A DNA stretch of 61,688 bases from a virus (IMGVR_UViG_3300042520_002382:1-61688), one strand, 5' to 3'; counted from the stretch's first letter, positions 17,624-26,741 are shown. Notes: a model not told the origin generated them from the sequence alone. Numbers and translations are program-made.

Positions 17624-18133
17624 GTGCCGATGCTTGCCCCTGATCCCCTGTGGCGCCCCACGGCCACCAGCGCCCGCAACGATCGCGACCTGATCCGCAC
17701 CTACATCGGCTGGCCCGCCACTGAGGGCAGCCTGGTGGAGCTCACACAGCAGATGAACGCGGTCGCCACGCACAGCCCCAGCACCGTGACCCAGATCCAA
17801 GGGTGGCTGGACGAGATCGTGACCCTGGAAGAGACCCAGGCCGATGAGGTTGACGCGGGCACCGCGCACCTTGGGAACGCCGAGGAGTACGAGGGGCCGA
17901 TCCCAGGCACCACGCCCACGCGGGAGCAGCAGCAGAGCCAGGTGGGCAAGCTGAGCTGGGACACCTCCCTCCTGAAGGCCCGCTACAAGTTCGGCAGTGG
18001 CGCCAGGGCCTCGGCGCAGGGGCAGCGGGATGAGCGGATCCAGCTCCTGATCGGCCGGATTGCCAGCGCCCTGAATGTGCCCCGGATCGCACCGCAGGCG
18101 GCGATGGGCGCCGGGATGCTGCTGCGGAGCTGA
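17624..18133 (+). CDS. Putative head-tail adaptor
   Basis: Size and context; IRTYIGWP..., QVGKLSWD. Confidence 0.5.
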   Translation: MPMLAPDPLWRPTATSARNDRDLIRTYIGWPATEGSLVELTQQMNAVATHSPSTVTQIQGWLDEIVTLEETQADEVDAGTAHLGNAEEYEGPIPGTTPTREQQQSQVGKLSWDTSLLKARYKFGSGARASAQGQRDERIQLLIGRIASALNVPRIAPQAAMGAGMLLRS

Positions 18134-18161
18134 GGCCATGCACTGCGGCAAAAAGGGCGAG

Positions 18162-18171
18162 CGGGAAAACT
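18162..18171 (+). promoter_or_regulatory. Putative late promoter motif CGGGAAAACT
   Basis: 25 nt before ATG 18197. Confidence 0.7.
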
Positions 18172-18196
18172 GCGGGCAGTCACCCCAGAGAAGCCA

Positions 18197-18322
18197 ATGC
18201 CAGCAGGCGGGAAGCCCTACAGCGGCAGCATGTTCGGCGGAATGCCCGCCAAGCCCGCCAAGAAGGCGGCCAAACCCAAGCCCAAGGGCAAGGCCAAAGG
18301 GAAGGCCAAGCCGATGAAGTGA
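18197..18322 (+). CDS. 41-aa Lys-rich peptide (not in ORF track)
   Basis: MPAGGKPYSGSMFGGMPAKPAKKAAKPKPKGKAKGKAKPMK; has its own promoter motif. Confidence 0.7.
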   Translation: MPAGGKPYSGSMFGGMPAKPAKKAAKPKPKGKAKGKAKPMK

Positions 18323-18334
18323 GCCCCAGGGCCA

Positions 18335-18344
18335 CGGGAAAACT
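18335..18344 (+). promoter_or_regulatory. Putative late promoter motif CGGGAAAACT
   Basis: 21 nt before ATG 18366. Confidence 0.75.
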
Positions 18345-18365
18345 GAGGCAGTAGACCCCGATCCC

Positions 18366-19943
18366 ATGGCCCGCGGCGGCGGCAGAGGCAGACGCACCAG
18401 CTACGTGCGCGACAACAGCGGGCGCTTTGCCTCGACTCCCGGCGGCGGACCGCCCAAGCGCAGCACGCCGGCCACCAGGCGGGCGGCGATGCGCAAGGCC
18501 CTGCCCAAGGTCACCGGCGGCACCCTCGGGGCCCGCGGGAGCCTTCGCCGCAGCCGCGCCAAGCTCGCTGGCAAGAACCCGGCTGATCGCAGCCTGCGGG
18601 GGTCGCTCAGCCTGCGGGCGCAGAAGGGGGCCGTAACCAGGGGCGCCAACCGCCTTGGGAAGGTGCGAGCGGCCTCCACGGTGCGGATGGCTGGCAAGGG
18701 GCCGGCAGGGGTGATCCGGGGAGGGCGGAAGGTTGCGGCCAAGCCGGTGGTGGCGCCCAGGTCATCAGTGCGGGTGATCCGCCCCAACCGCCCGGCAATG
18801 CGGCCAGGGCCGGCGCCTGACCGCGGCAAGATCAGCGAGTACGTGGGCGCGGTGAGAGGGGCCCGGCGACGGCTCAGCAGCGCCAAGCCAGGAAGCGCCA
18901 ACGCAGCCGAGGCAAAGCAAGGCCTCAAGGACAGCCGGCGGGCCCTCAGTCGCCGCATCCAACGGGAGCGGGGTGCTCGCCGTGGCCTGAAGCCAGCCAC
19001 CTCCCAGCAGGTTCTCACCGGCACGGTCCCGGCGCCTCCTGCCAGGCGTGCGAAGGCAGCCCGCCCCTCCGGCACCCTCGCCAAGCCCCGCAATCTCAAG
19101 CCCGGCGCCATCGCCGCACGGAAGGCCAAGGCAGCCGCCTCAGGCGCACGGGCCGCCAGGGCAACCACCAACTACAACCGGGCCCAGAAGGCGGCCCTAG
19201 AGGCGCAGCAGCGCCTCAACCGGCGGCGCTCGCCTAAGAATCAAGCCGCCGCCGACAAGGCGCAGAAGACCCTTCAGACCGCCGCCCGCGCCTACCGGAT
19301 CCTCGTGGGCCTTGGGGGCGAGAAAATGGCCGTCGCTCGCAAGCCAAGCCCCAAGGGCGCCGGGTCCCGGATGAAGGCCGCACGGCCGGCGGGGACGGTG
19401 GCGAAGCCAAAGGGGTTGAAGCCAGATCGCTGGATCAAAAAAGAGCGCGTGATCGGCAAGGGGGAGGTATGGATGGGCAAGTGGACACCCCCTAGCGGCG
19501 GCAAGGTGAAGGCAGGTAATCCGCCCAAACAAAAGCGCTCCGCACCGCGTCTATCGTTCTCCGATGCCGCAACAAAGCGTAGGTTTAACAGGTCTGGAGA
19601 CTTTGCGCTTTATCGCTATCGAGAGAACCAAGCTGCCGTTATGTCTGGCGACAAAACAGCTCAACTCAAGGCAGGTCGAAATCAATTTATAAGATTTTTG
19701 GCATCAAACCTCAACAGACAGGCACTAAAGGCTACTGCCACACAAAGGAAGAAAGCGTATCAGTCAATTAAAAGGTTTTCAACAATCAGCAATCCGCAGC
19801 CAGGCGGCGATTGGAAGCGCAATCGGGATCGGGCAGCAATGGATGAGATCAAGCGGCTAAAGGAAACCGCACGGCAAGACGGAATTGGCGGCAAATGGGA
19901 TCCGCGAAACCGCACGAAACGCAAGCCCCGCCGCAAGCCCTAA
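18366..19943 (+). CDS. Arg/Lys-rich tagged protein 4
   Basis: RRTSYVRDNSGRFAST; ARPxGTxAKP twice; ends RKPRRKP. Confidence 0.8.
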   Translation: MARGGGRGRRTSYVRDNSGRFASTPGGGPPKRSTPATRRAAMRKALPKVTGGTLGARGSLRRSRAKLAGKNPADRSLRGSLSLRAQKGAVTRGANRLGKVRAASTVRMAGKGPAGVIRGGRKVAAKPVVAPRSSVRVIRPNRPAMRPGPAPDRGKISEYVGAVRGARRRLSSAKPGSANAAEAKQGLKDSRRALSRRIQRERGARRGLKPATSQQVLTGTVPAPPARRAKAARPSGTLAKPRNLKPGAIAARKAKAAASGARAARATTNYNRAQKAALEAQQRLNRRRSPKNQAAADKAQKTLQTAARAYRILVGLGGEKMAVARKPSPKGAGSRMKAARPAGTVAKPKGLKPDRWIKKERVIGKGEVWMGKWTPPSGGKVKAGNPPKQKRSAPRLSFSDAATKRRFNRSGDFALYRYRENQAAVMSGDKTAQLKAGRNQFIRFLASNLNRQALKATATQRKKAYQSIKRFSTISNPQPGGDWKRNRDRAAMDEIKRLKETARQDGIGGKWDPRNRTKRKPRRKP

Positions 19944-19946
19944 CCC

Positions 19947-20417
19947 ATGCCCACCCCCTACGCCCCCTATGCCAGCCTCCGCCTCCTCTGGCGGCGCCCC
20001 ACCGCAGCGGCCACCAGTCTGCGGGAGGGGCTGCAGCGGGCCACTGATCTGGTGGTGATCGAGGCCTTCGCGGAGGTGTCGGGCCCTGGAGGGGAGCAGG
20101 AAAGCGGCGGGCGCTCCATCGGCTCGGGCAGCATTGAGGGCAACCTGACCCGCTGGGCCGTGGTGCCGTCCGGCGCCAACTGGCTGGACGCGGGGGCTGC
20201 CTGGAGCTGGACTGATACCGGCCTGCGGCCCACGGGCCTACCCCGCGGCGAGAAGCTGGAGGCCTTCATGGGCAACCTTGGCAGCCTGCCGACCACGGCC
20301 GAGGGAGAGCGCGGCTGGGTCACGATCGCCACCCTCTCGGGCACCGGCGGGATTGATGCGATCGTGCGGGCCGCCGCTGGCGATGAGTTCACCGGCACCT
20401 TTGCGGCAGGGCGATGA
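19947..20417 (+). CDS. Putative head-closure/neck protein
   Basis: Context and size only. Confidence 0.45.
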   Translation: MPTPYAPYASLRLLWRRPTAAATSLREGLQRATDLVVIEAFAEVSGPGGEQESGGRSIGSGSIEGNLTRWAVVPSGANWLDAGAAWSWTDTGLRPTGLPRGEKLEAFMGNLGSLPTTAEGERGWVTIATLSGTGGIDAIVRAAAGDEFTGTFAAGR

Positions 20418-20914
20418 GGCTGGCCACCAGGGCAACGGTGCGCGTCAACCCGGCCACCCTGACCCGTGCGCAGCGAGCCTCTGAAGCAGCGGCGCGAATC
20501 GTGTTCCCAGAGCTGAACAGCGCCTTTCAGGATGCCCTGGGCACCAAGGTGTGGGAGTGGCCTCGGGTGACGATGCGCGGCGGCACCTACCGGCGCGACG
20601 GCAGCCGCACCAAGGGGATCGCAGTCACCAGCCCCCGCAACATCGTGGACCTAGGCACCCTGCGGGCTTCCAACAGCTTTGAGGTCTCGGGCAACCTCTG
20701 CACCTTCCGGTGGGCCGTGGGCTATGCCACAGCGGTGCACTACGGCGCCAACATCCACCCATGGGGCGACAAGACCCGGCCCCTCGTCAACCTGCCCGCC
20801 AGGCCCTGGACTTCGGCGGTGCTGGGGACGGTTCTGATCCCCGGCATTGAGCCCTATGACTATCGCGAGCAATATCGGGCATCATTCATCCAAGCCTGGC
20901 GCAACCTCAAATGA
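20414..20914 (+). CDS. HK97 gp10-like tail completion protein
   Basis: RNIVDLGTLRAS...YATAVHYG...PARPW. Confidence 0.7.
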   Translation: MRLATRATVRVNPATLTRAQRASEAAARIVFPELNSAFQDALGTKVWEWPRVTMRGGTYRRDGSRTKGIAVTSPRNIVDLGTLRASNSFEVSGNLCTFRWAVGYATAVHYGANIHPWGDKTRPLVNLPARPWTSAVLGTVLIPGIEPYDYREQYRASFIQAWRNLK

Positions 20915-21693
20915 GCTTTGACCTTCTGCCGTGGGAGACCACTCCCGAGGCCCCGGAGCACGCCACCGAAACGATCGCCTGGAACGGCGGCGAGCTGGTG
21001 CTCCCCCGGCTGGGCTACCTCACCGTGACCGAGCTGCAGGGGATCCGGGCGGTCGATCCGCAGAACGCCCTCTACCGCCTGATCACCGCTGCTGCTGTGG
21101 AGCTTTGCCAGGCGGTGCAGTCCAAGGAGTTCACCGCTCACCGCTGCTACGGCCTGCTCACCCGCCTGCTGGCCCAAGAGCAGGGCGCCAGCATCGGCCG
21201 CCTGAGCCCCGAGGACCAGGCTGTGCAAGTGCTCCACGCCAGGATCATCGGCCCCTTCTTGGAGCAAGCCAGGGCCATCACCAACCGTGTCGTGATTCGG
21301 TCCGTGTCCATGATCCTGAACCGGATCAAGCCGGCCTGGACCGATGAGCAGACCCTTCGCCTCCCGGCCCCCCTGCTGAGCACCCTCTACGCCTTTGAGC
21401 AGGAAGAGGAGCTGGCCGGCGCCGGGCAGCAACAGGATCCCGCGGCGCTGATGCGAGCGCTGGAGGAAGCATTGGGAAAGTTGCAGGAGGTCAGCAACTC
21501 GACTGCGACCGACCCGACTGGGCCCGAGCCTTCTGGGATTGCCGCAGGCTCTGGCCCGGAGCCCCCGAGTTCACCCGTGAGCGCTTCGGGGAGCTCCCCG
21601 GCGGCTACGTCCTCCAGGCGCTCCAGGAAGGGCACCGCGCCGAACGGGACCGCCTCCACAGGGAAGAGAAGGGCATCGCCCAAGTTGCCCTGA
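20911..21693 (+). CDS. Tail assembly chaperone (gpG-like)
   Basis: Contains an in-frame G GGA AAG slippery site; low-complexity tail after it. Confidence 0.7.
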   Translation: MSFDLLPWETTPEAPEHATETIAWNGGELVLPRLGYLTVTELQGIRAVDPQNALYRLITAAAVELCQAVQSKEFTAHRCYGLLTRLLAQEQGASIGRLSPEDQAVQVLHARIIGPFLEQARAITNRVVIRSVSMILNRIKPAWTDEQTLRLPAPLLSTLYAFEQEEELAGAGQQQDPAALMRALEEALGKLQEVSNSTATDPTGPEPSGIAAGSGPEPPSSPVSASGSSPAATSSRRSRKGTAPNGTASTGKRRASPKLP

Positions 21694-22148
21694 TCCTCGC
21701 CGAGGCCAACCGCAACCGCGAGGCCCGGCCCGAGCCCTACAGCCTGCGGGAGTTCTGCTTCTGGGCAGACGTGGCCGAGAAGCCGCGCCCCCCCAGCGAG
21801 GCCGGTGCCGCCCTGCTGGAGCTGCTGGAGCGCAACCTGCTGCCGGGGTTCGTGCTTGACGGCCCATGGCTGGCCGATCTGGAGGCCCAGGGCCGTGGTG
21901 TCACCCCACCGCCGCGGCTGTGCTGGGCGGCTGAAGATGCGATCCTGCTGGCCCCCTACCGGGTGGATGCAGGCCACTGGGGCGGGTTCCTCGTGGCGCA
22001 GGTCAGCGCCGCGGGGCAAGCGCGGGAGTTCGCATCAGAGGCCGGCGAGGTGGTGGCCCTGCGGGTGCCGGCCGATGCGGTGCAGGGGCGAGCGTTCGCC
22101 GCGGCGCAGGCCGGCGCAGTGCTGGCCATGAGCAGCCGGGAAAACTGA
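21474..22148 (+). CDS. -1 frameshift extension of the tail chaperone (gpGT-like)
   Basis: The -1 frame is open from 21474 (KVAGGQQLDCDRPDWARAFW...) into track ORF 21771..22148. Confidence 0.75.
   Translation, partial: GKVAGGQQLDCDRPDWARAFWDCRRLWPGAPEFTRERFGELPGGYVLQALQEGHRAERDRLHREEKGIAQVALILAEANRNREARPEPYSLREFCFWADVAEKPRPPSEAGAALLELLERNLLPGFVLDGPWLADLEAQGRGVTPPPRLCWAAEDAILLAPYRVDAGHWGGFLVAQVSAAGQAREFASEAGEVVALRVPADAVQGRAFAAAQAGAVLAMSSREN
22137..22146 (+). promoter_or_regulatory. Putative late promoter motif CGGGAAAACT
   Basis: 21 nt before ATG 22168. Confidence 0.75.
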
Positions 22149-22167
22149 CGGCAGAAACCCCCCTGCC

Positions 22168-23022
22168 ATGACCACCACAAACATCAGCTACGCCGCCGCG
22201 CTCGACATTGCGCACTACATCGTGCCGATGCGAATGGACTCCATCACCCTGGAGGATGCCGCCGCGGCAGCGGCGAACAATGGGGCGCAGCTCAGCGCCT
22301 GGCTGAATGCCGCCAACGCGATCTCCGGCCCCGCCACCGTGACCGCCAGCGGCACAGGGTCCACCTTTGAAATCCTGATCAACTCCGCCACCCGGACCAT
22401 CACCAACGTGGCGCTCGCCAGCAACGTGGTGACGATCACCACCAGCGCCGCCCATGGACTAGCCACTGGCGATCAGGCAAAGGTGGCCGCCACCACTGCC
22501 ACCGCCGTGAATGGCACCTTCACCGTGGCAACGGCGCCCAGCACAACCACCTTCACCTACGCCTTGACCGCCAGCAACATCACCAGCGCGGTTGATACCG
22601 GCACCGTCACCACTGGTGTTTACAATCTGAACGGCACCGGCAAGCCGATCCAGCTCCTCAACGTCACCGGCGCTCCCCTCTCGACGCAGACTGCTGATGA
22701 GAGCGTGATCACACACGATCAGGTTACCCGTGGATCCTCAATTTCGATCGGGATCACTGATACCCACAGCATCGCCTTTAAGGGTATGACGGTGCATCGT
22801 GCGGTAGATCACAAAATCATGGAACTGCTGCGGGCCCATAGCGTGGCTGAGAAGCTGGCGGTGAAGTACCTGCGTGTCGGCCCCGGCGGCACTGTTGAGA
22901 AGAAGCTCTGCTATGGCCGGATCTCCTCCAAGCAGGAAGAGGGCGACGCAGGGGCCCTGGTGAAGTACGGCGCCAGCCTCAACGTGCTGGGCAGCGTCTA
23001 CACCATCTTCGACAACACCTGA
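22168..23022 (+). CDS. Putative major tail (tube) protein with inserted Thr-rich beta domain
   Basis: Tube-like C-terminal half (YLRVGP..KLCYGRISS..EEGDAG.LVKY); own promoter motif. Confidence 0.65.
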   Translation: MTTTNISYAAALDIAHYIVPMRMDSITLEDAAAAAANNGAQLSAWLNAANAISGPATVTASGTGSTFEILINSATRTITNVALASNVVTITTSAAHGLATGDQAKVAATTATAVNGTFTVATAPSTTTFTYALTASNITSAVDTGTVTTGVYNLNGTGKPIQLLNVTGAPLSTQTADESVITHDQVTRGSSISIGITDTHSIAFKGMTVHRAVDHKIMELLRAHSVAEKLAVKYLRVGPGGTVEKKLCYGRISSKQEEGDAGALVKYGASLNVLGSVYTIFDNT

Positions 23023-23205
23023 TCTGGTGGTGGATGTTGACGGCCTGCTTCATGTCGTGACCGCAGACAGCCGACCGGGCCAGCGCCTATGGCGCATCTG
23101 CTCCGGCGGCTCCTGCCTGGTGCATCGCAACCTGCAGCGGTTGATGGAGTCCTACCGGGCGCTGCTGATCAGCCAGGGCCAGCCGGTGGGGGATGAGTGA
23201 GCACG

Positions 23206-23234
23206 AAAAAGCCCAGGGAGTCCAACCCCTGGGC
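23206..23234 (-). terminator. Intrinsic terminator
   Basis: Stem GCCCAGGG/CCCTGGGC with AAAAA on its + strand 5' side (U-tract on minus). Confidence 0.6.
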
Positions 23235-23306
23235 ATCGCTTTGAAGTTCTCCCGGCAGCAGTGTAGATCAGGATAGGGACGCTGCCCAGGGCTTCGACTG
23301 TGATGA

Positions 23307-23768
23307 TCAGAGTTCGGCGAACTCGGCATCGGGCGCTGCCGCCTCAGGCTCGGGCTCAGAGGCAGGCGCCTCGGGCTCGGCTGGTGCTTCGGGCGCAGGC
23401 TCGATCACCTCGGGCTCGGGGATTGCCACGGAATCCAGGATCGCCGTGATGGCGGCGTCCTCGGCGGCATCCTCGGCGGCCAGGCCTTGCAGCTCGACCA
23501 CCTGGGCGGCGGCAGCGTCGGCGGCTTCGCGGGCAGCGGTGGCGTCGGCCTGGGCTGCGGCGATGGCTTCATCATCGGCAGAGTCGTCAGCGAGGGCAGC
23601 GGCCAGAGCCTCCTTGGTGGCGGCCAGCTCGGCCTTCAGCCTGGCCTGCTCGGACTGCAGGAACTGGACAACTGCAGCTACGCGATTGGCAAGAGTTGAC
23701 ATTTTTCTGAGAAGAAGGTGGATTTTGCGGTCCATACGAGTGATGAACCGGAAAAAGGCAAAGTCCAT
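23307..23768 (-). CDS. Ala-rich acidic coiled-coil protein (alternative start 23702)
   Basis: Track ORF followed by a terminator. Confidence 0.65.
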   Translation of the reverse strand: MDFAFFRFITRMDRKIHLLLRKMSTLANRVAAVVQFLQSEQARLKAELAATKEALAAALADDSADDEAIAAAQADATAAREAADAAAAQVVELQGLAAEDAAEDAAITAILDSVAIPEPEVIEPAPEAPAEPEAPASEPEPEAAAPDAEFAEL

Positions 23769-23854
23769 GTTGGGACCGAAGGCAGCGCGGATTGCAATGC
23801 CACACCTACCCTAGCCACCGTGTCTGGATACGGACAAGGGCTAGGGTTAAGAAT

Positions 23855-24048
23855 GGTTTTCAGGGGGCATGCGTTTTGGTCAAGACAAGCACGCTGCGCC
23901 ATCACAGCATCAGGCTTCGCACCGGCCCGGCTGGGGTAACCTCCAAGGGTCCGGGTCGGCCTGAATACAACACCAGTCCCTGACTGGGAATTAGGGCAGG
24001 GGTGGGGGGTTCGCTAGGGCCCTCCTGAAACCCCATGCAACGGCCCGG
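23855..24048 (+). ncRNA. Candidate structured RNA, C4/CI-antisense-like
   Basis: Several stems visible by eye; loops complementary to a target at 24112-24126. Confidence 0.5.
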
Positions 24049-24150
24049 CGTAAACATTGCTTGACAAAACGCAGGCAGATAGTCCTACGCTTTGTGCACC
24101 TTGGCAGGCATGTCAGGGCCCCTAGCTGCCCGCCCCGAGCGGGACAACCC

Positions 24151-24786
24151 ATGAAGAACGCGAACTGCGGCCCAGCTCTGCTGTCGGTCGGCATCGAGGC
24201 CCGCGAGTGGAACGGCTGCGCAATTCAACGCCGCCAGGCGGATGGCTTTGTGAACGCCACGGCCATGTGCCGGGCGGGCGGGAAGCGGTGGAACCACTAC
24301 GCCAGCAACGAGCGCACCTTTGAGTATCTGCAAGCCCTTTCGGGGTCTGCCGGGATTCCGGCCGACCTGTTGGTGACCTCCATCGCCACCGGCCCGAACC
24401 ACCTCCGGGGCACCTGGATCCATCACCGCCTGGCGGTGGACCTGGCCCGTTGGATCTCCCCCGCCTTTGCGGTATGGATGGATGGCTGGTTTCTGGAGGC
24501 CATGGGCGTGGCGATCCCTGCTCCTGCTCCCCAGCCGCCCGCGCCGCGACGGGCCCCAGCGCCTCGCGGTCCCAACCAGGATCCGCTCCAGCTCGCGGCC
24601 AGCATGCTCCCGGCCCTGATCGCTCAGCGGTGGATCGGCGACCCCGAGGCCAACGATCTGATTCGGGGCATCGCTCAGCACCTCCTCCTGTCCTGCGACC
24701 CCCTGCCGGCCGTGGCCAAAGTGGAAGGGGAGGCGCTGGCCTGGCGTCGGGCCCTGATGGCACGGACGGGGCAGCCAACCTGGTGA
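24151..24786 (+). CDS. KilA-N domain protein (antirepressor-like)
   Basis: IQRRQADGFVNATAMC..GKRWNHY..GTWIH..LAVDLARWISPAFAVWM. Confidence 0.88.
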   Translation: MKNANCGPALLSVGIEAREWNGCAIQRRQADGFVNATAMCRAGGKRWNHYASNERTFEYLQALSGSAGIPADLLVTSIATGPNHLRGTWIHHRLAVDLARWISPAFAVWMDGWFLEAMGVAIPAPAPQPPAPRRAPAPRGPNQDPLQLAASMLPALIAQRWIGDPEANDLIRGIAQHLLLSCDPLPAVAKVEGEALAWRRALMARTGQPTW

Positions 24787-24830
24787 CCGCGGGGGAGGGC
24801 TGGGGTGTGCCGATGGGCGCCCCAGTCCGC

Positions 24831-25040
24831 CTATCCCTTGCGGCCCTGCCAGATCAGCCGGGCATCGGCCGCCGTCAGCCGCGCCTCGCACTCAAAGACC
24901 ACGATCGGCGGCGGGGTGAGCGTACGCGGGCCTGGCGAGGTGCGCCGGGCGCAGTCGTCGCAGCCCTCGCGCCAGTACCACTCGCCGTCTTCCTGCTCAC
25001 CCACGCCGGGGCAGCGGGGAATGTCGGGCGGAAGGCTCAC
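24831..25040 (-). CDS. Small Cys-rich protein; paralog of 8552..8767
   Basis: GTG start; shared motif. Confidence 0.6.
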   Translation of the reverse strand: MSLPPDIPRCPGVGEQEDGEWYWREGCDDCARRTSPGPRTLTPPPIVVFECEARLTAADARLIWQGRKG

Positions 25041-25205
25041 GAACCGCCCTCCCCCGTGGCCCGGCAGCCCCGGTGCTGGTCGCCGAACCGCCGCCCGCGA
25101 GCATCCAGGCCCCGCAGCGGCACCGGCATGGGGAGGATCTCCGTGGCTCCGCAGTGCTCGCACCGGAACACCGGCGGCTGGGCGATCAGATCCACAACGA
25201 CGTGA

Positions 25206-25523
25206 TCAAGCGGCATCGGGATCCCCCACGATCATCCGGCGGAGCGTGGCCAAGGCGATGGCGTTGCTGCCGCCTTCCTTGACGCCTTCGCTCACCAGCG
25301 AAATCAGCAGCAGGGTTCGCTGTCGCTCCAGCTCCCTGCCCTGCCTGATCGCCTCCTCTCGATCGGCCTCGCTGCGCCGTGCTGCATCGCCGTAGGCCGT
25401 TTCCATGGCCTCAGCGCAGCTCTGCCTGATCGCTGCCACTTCGGCCGCCTCGGCAGTCATGGCCTCCATCTCCTGCTGCAGGGCGTCAAGCTGCTGACGC
25501 ACGAGATCCAGGACCGCGCTCAT
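25206..25523 (-). CDS. Hypothetical coiled-coil protein
   Basis: Coupled to the endolysin stop. Confidence 0.6.
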   Translation of the reverse strand: MSAVLDLVRQQLDALQQEMEAMTAEAAEVAAIRQSCAEAMETAYGDAARRSEADREEAIRQGRELERQRTLLLISLVSEGVKEGGSNAIALATLRRMIVGDPDAA

Positions 25524-26587
25524 GCGGCCTCCTGCAGCACGCTGATCCAGACCGTTCCCAGACCCAGCAGGGGCAGGATCCGATCGCGCAGATCCTGGTT
25601 GTGGAGGCGGATGCAGCCCCGTGTCGGGTGGAGCGCCTGCCGTGGACTCCAGGCCCCCGGCCAGCCGCAGGCCGATCCGCCGCCATGAACCATGATCCCG
25701 TCCCGGTACGGCTTGCTGGTGGGCCCCTCCTGCCCCTCCAGCCCCTCCAGGTCAAACGAATACCAGCCGTAGGCCCGGCGGTCGGGGGTGAAGTTCGCGG
25801 CCCGATCCTGCTCATAGTCCCGGTGGACCTTGCCGATCCGGTAGAGCCCCGGTGGGGTGTCGGTGCCGGTGCGGTTCCACTCGGCCTCCCTGCCCTGCCC
25901 CCGGCAGAGGCAGGGGATCCGCCACACCCGGCGCCCATCGTGAGTCCAGGCCGTGAGGGTCTCGTTCACGTCGTTGGCGATCAGGTGGTGATCACCGGGC
26001 TTGAGGGTGGGGCGGAGCTTGGGGCCCACCATCCCCGGCGGCCAGGTCGGCGGGCCCTCGGGGGCAGGGCCGCCAGGCGGGCGTGGTGGCGTGGCTGTCG
26101 TGACAGGGGCGGGAGCACCCGCACCGAACAGGGCCACCTCTGCGGCACGACGCCGGGACAGGCCTTCCATCACCTCGTCGCCGGCCTTGTTCCAGCGGGG
26201 CAGCTCCGCTTTCACCACTACCGCCGGATCCTCGCCGGCCAGCAACCGCCGCCGCAGGGTGGAGCGCTCCAAGGCGCCGGCCCCCACGTTGAACACAAAC
26301 GAGATCAGGGCCGCCTGCCGCTTCGGGGTCCAACCTGCGGCCATCGGCAACAGCCGGAACACATCCGACGCAGCGCGGTTCAAGTCGGTCCGCAGGAGGT
26401 GGTCGGCGTGAGCCTGGCCGATCGTGCAGCCGGGGGTCACATCGGGCCCGGTGTGGCCGTAGCCAACCGTCCAGGGATCGCCGCCGCTGCCGGGGTCGGG
26501 GTAGGCGGTGAGCCGGCAGCCTTCAAATTCGGCAACGATCCGCCGGGCCGGGGCCAGCCACTGGGGATCGGATGGGTTGGTGCTCAT
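25520..26587 (-). CDS. Endolysin: GH24 lysozyme fused to a YkuD/L,D-transpeptidase-like domain
   Basis: FEGCRLTAYPD..WTVGYGHTG and GLSRRRAAE; C-terminal DTPPGLY, GIMVHGG, TRGCIRL; start 26587 or 26599. Confidence 0.85.
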   Translation of the reverse strand: MSTNPSDPQWLAPARRIVAEFEGCRLTAYPDPGSGGDPWTVGYGHTGPDVTPGCTIGQAHADHLLRTDLNRAASDVFRLLPMAAGWTPKRQAALISFVFNVGAGALERSTLRRRLLAGEDPAVVVKAELPRWNKAGDEVMEGLSRRRAAEVALFGAGAPAPVTTATPPRPPGGPAPEGPPTWPPGMVGPKLRPTLKPGDHHLIANDVNETLTAWTHDGRRVWRIPCLCRGQGREAEWNRTGTDTPPGLYRIGKVHRDYEQDRAANFTPDRRAYGWYSFDLEGLEGQEGPTSKPYRDGIMVHGGGSACGWPGAWSPRQALHPTRGCIRLHNQDLRDRILPLLGLGTVWISVLQEAA

Positions 26588-26741
26588 CAGAGGGGCCATC
26601 GGGAAACAACACGCCAGCCCCTGATCCACAGCAGCGCCACCGTGATGGCCACGCGCCATGGAGGCACGTCAACGACCAGCGGGCGCCCGTCTTGACCCTG
26701 CGGGGTGGGCCCCTCACAGATCAGGCGCACGAGCCCGCAGG

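Noticed and set aside
24001-24036. tRNA gene suggested by GGTTCG and a CCA-like end
   Set aside because: No D-arm or anticodon arm geometry; treated as part of the C4-like RNA
24061-24091. Sigma70 promoter TTGACA...TACGCT for KilA-N
   Set aside because: The 19-bp spacer is poor; plausible but not supported enough to list
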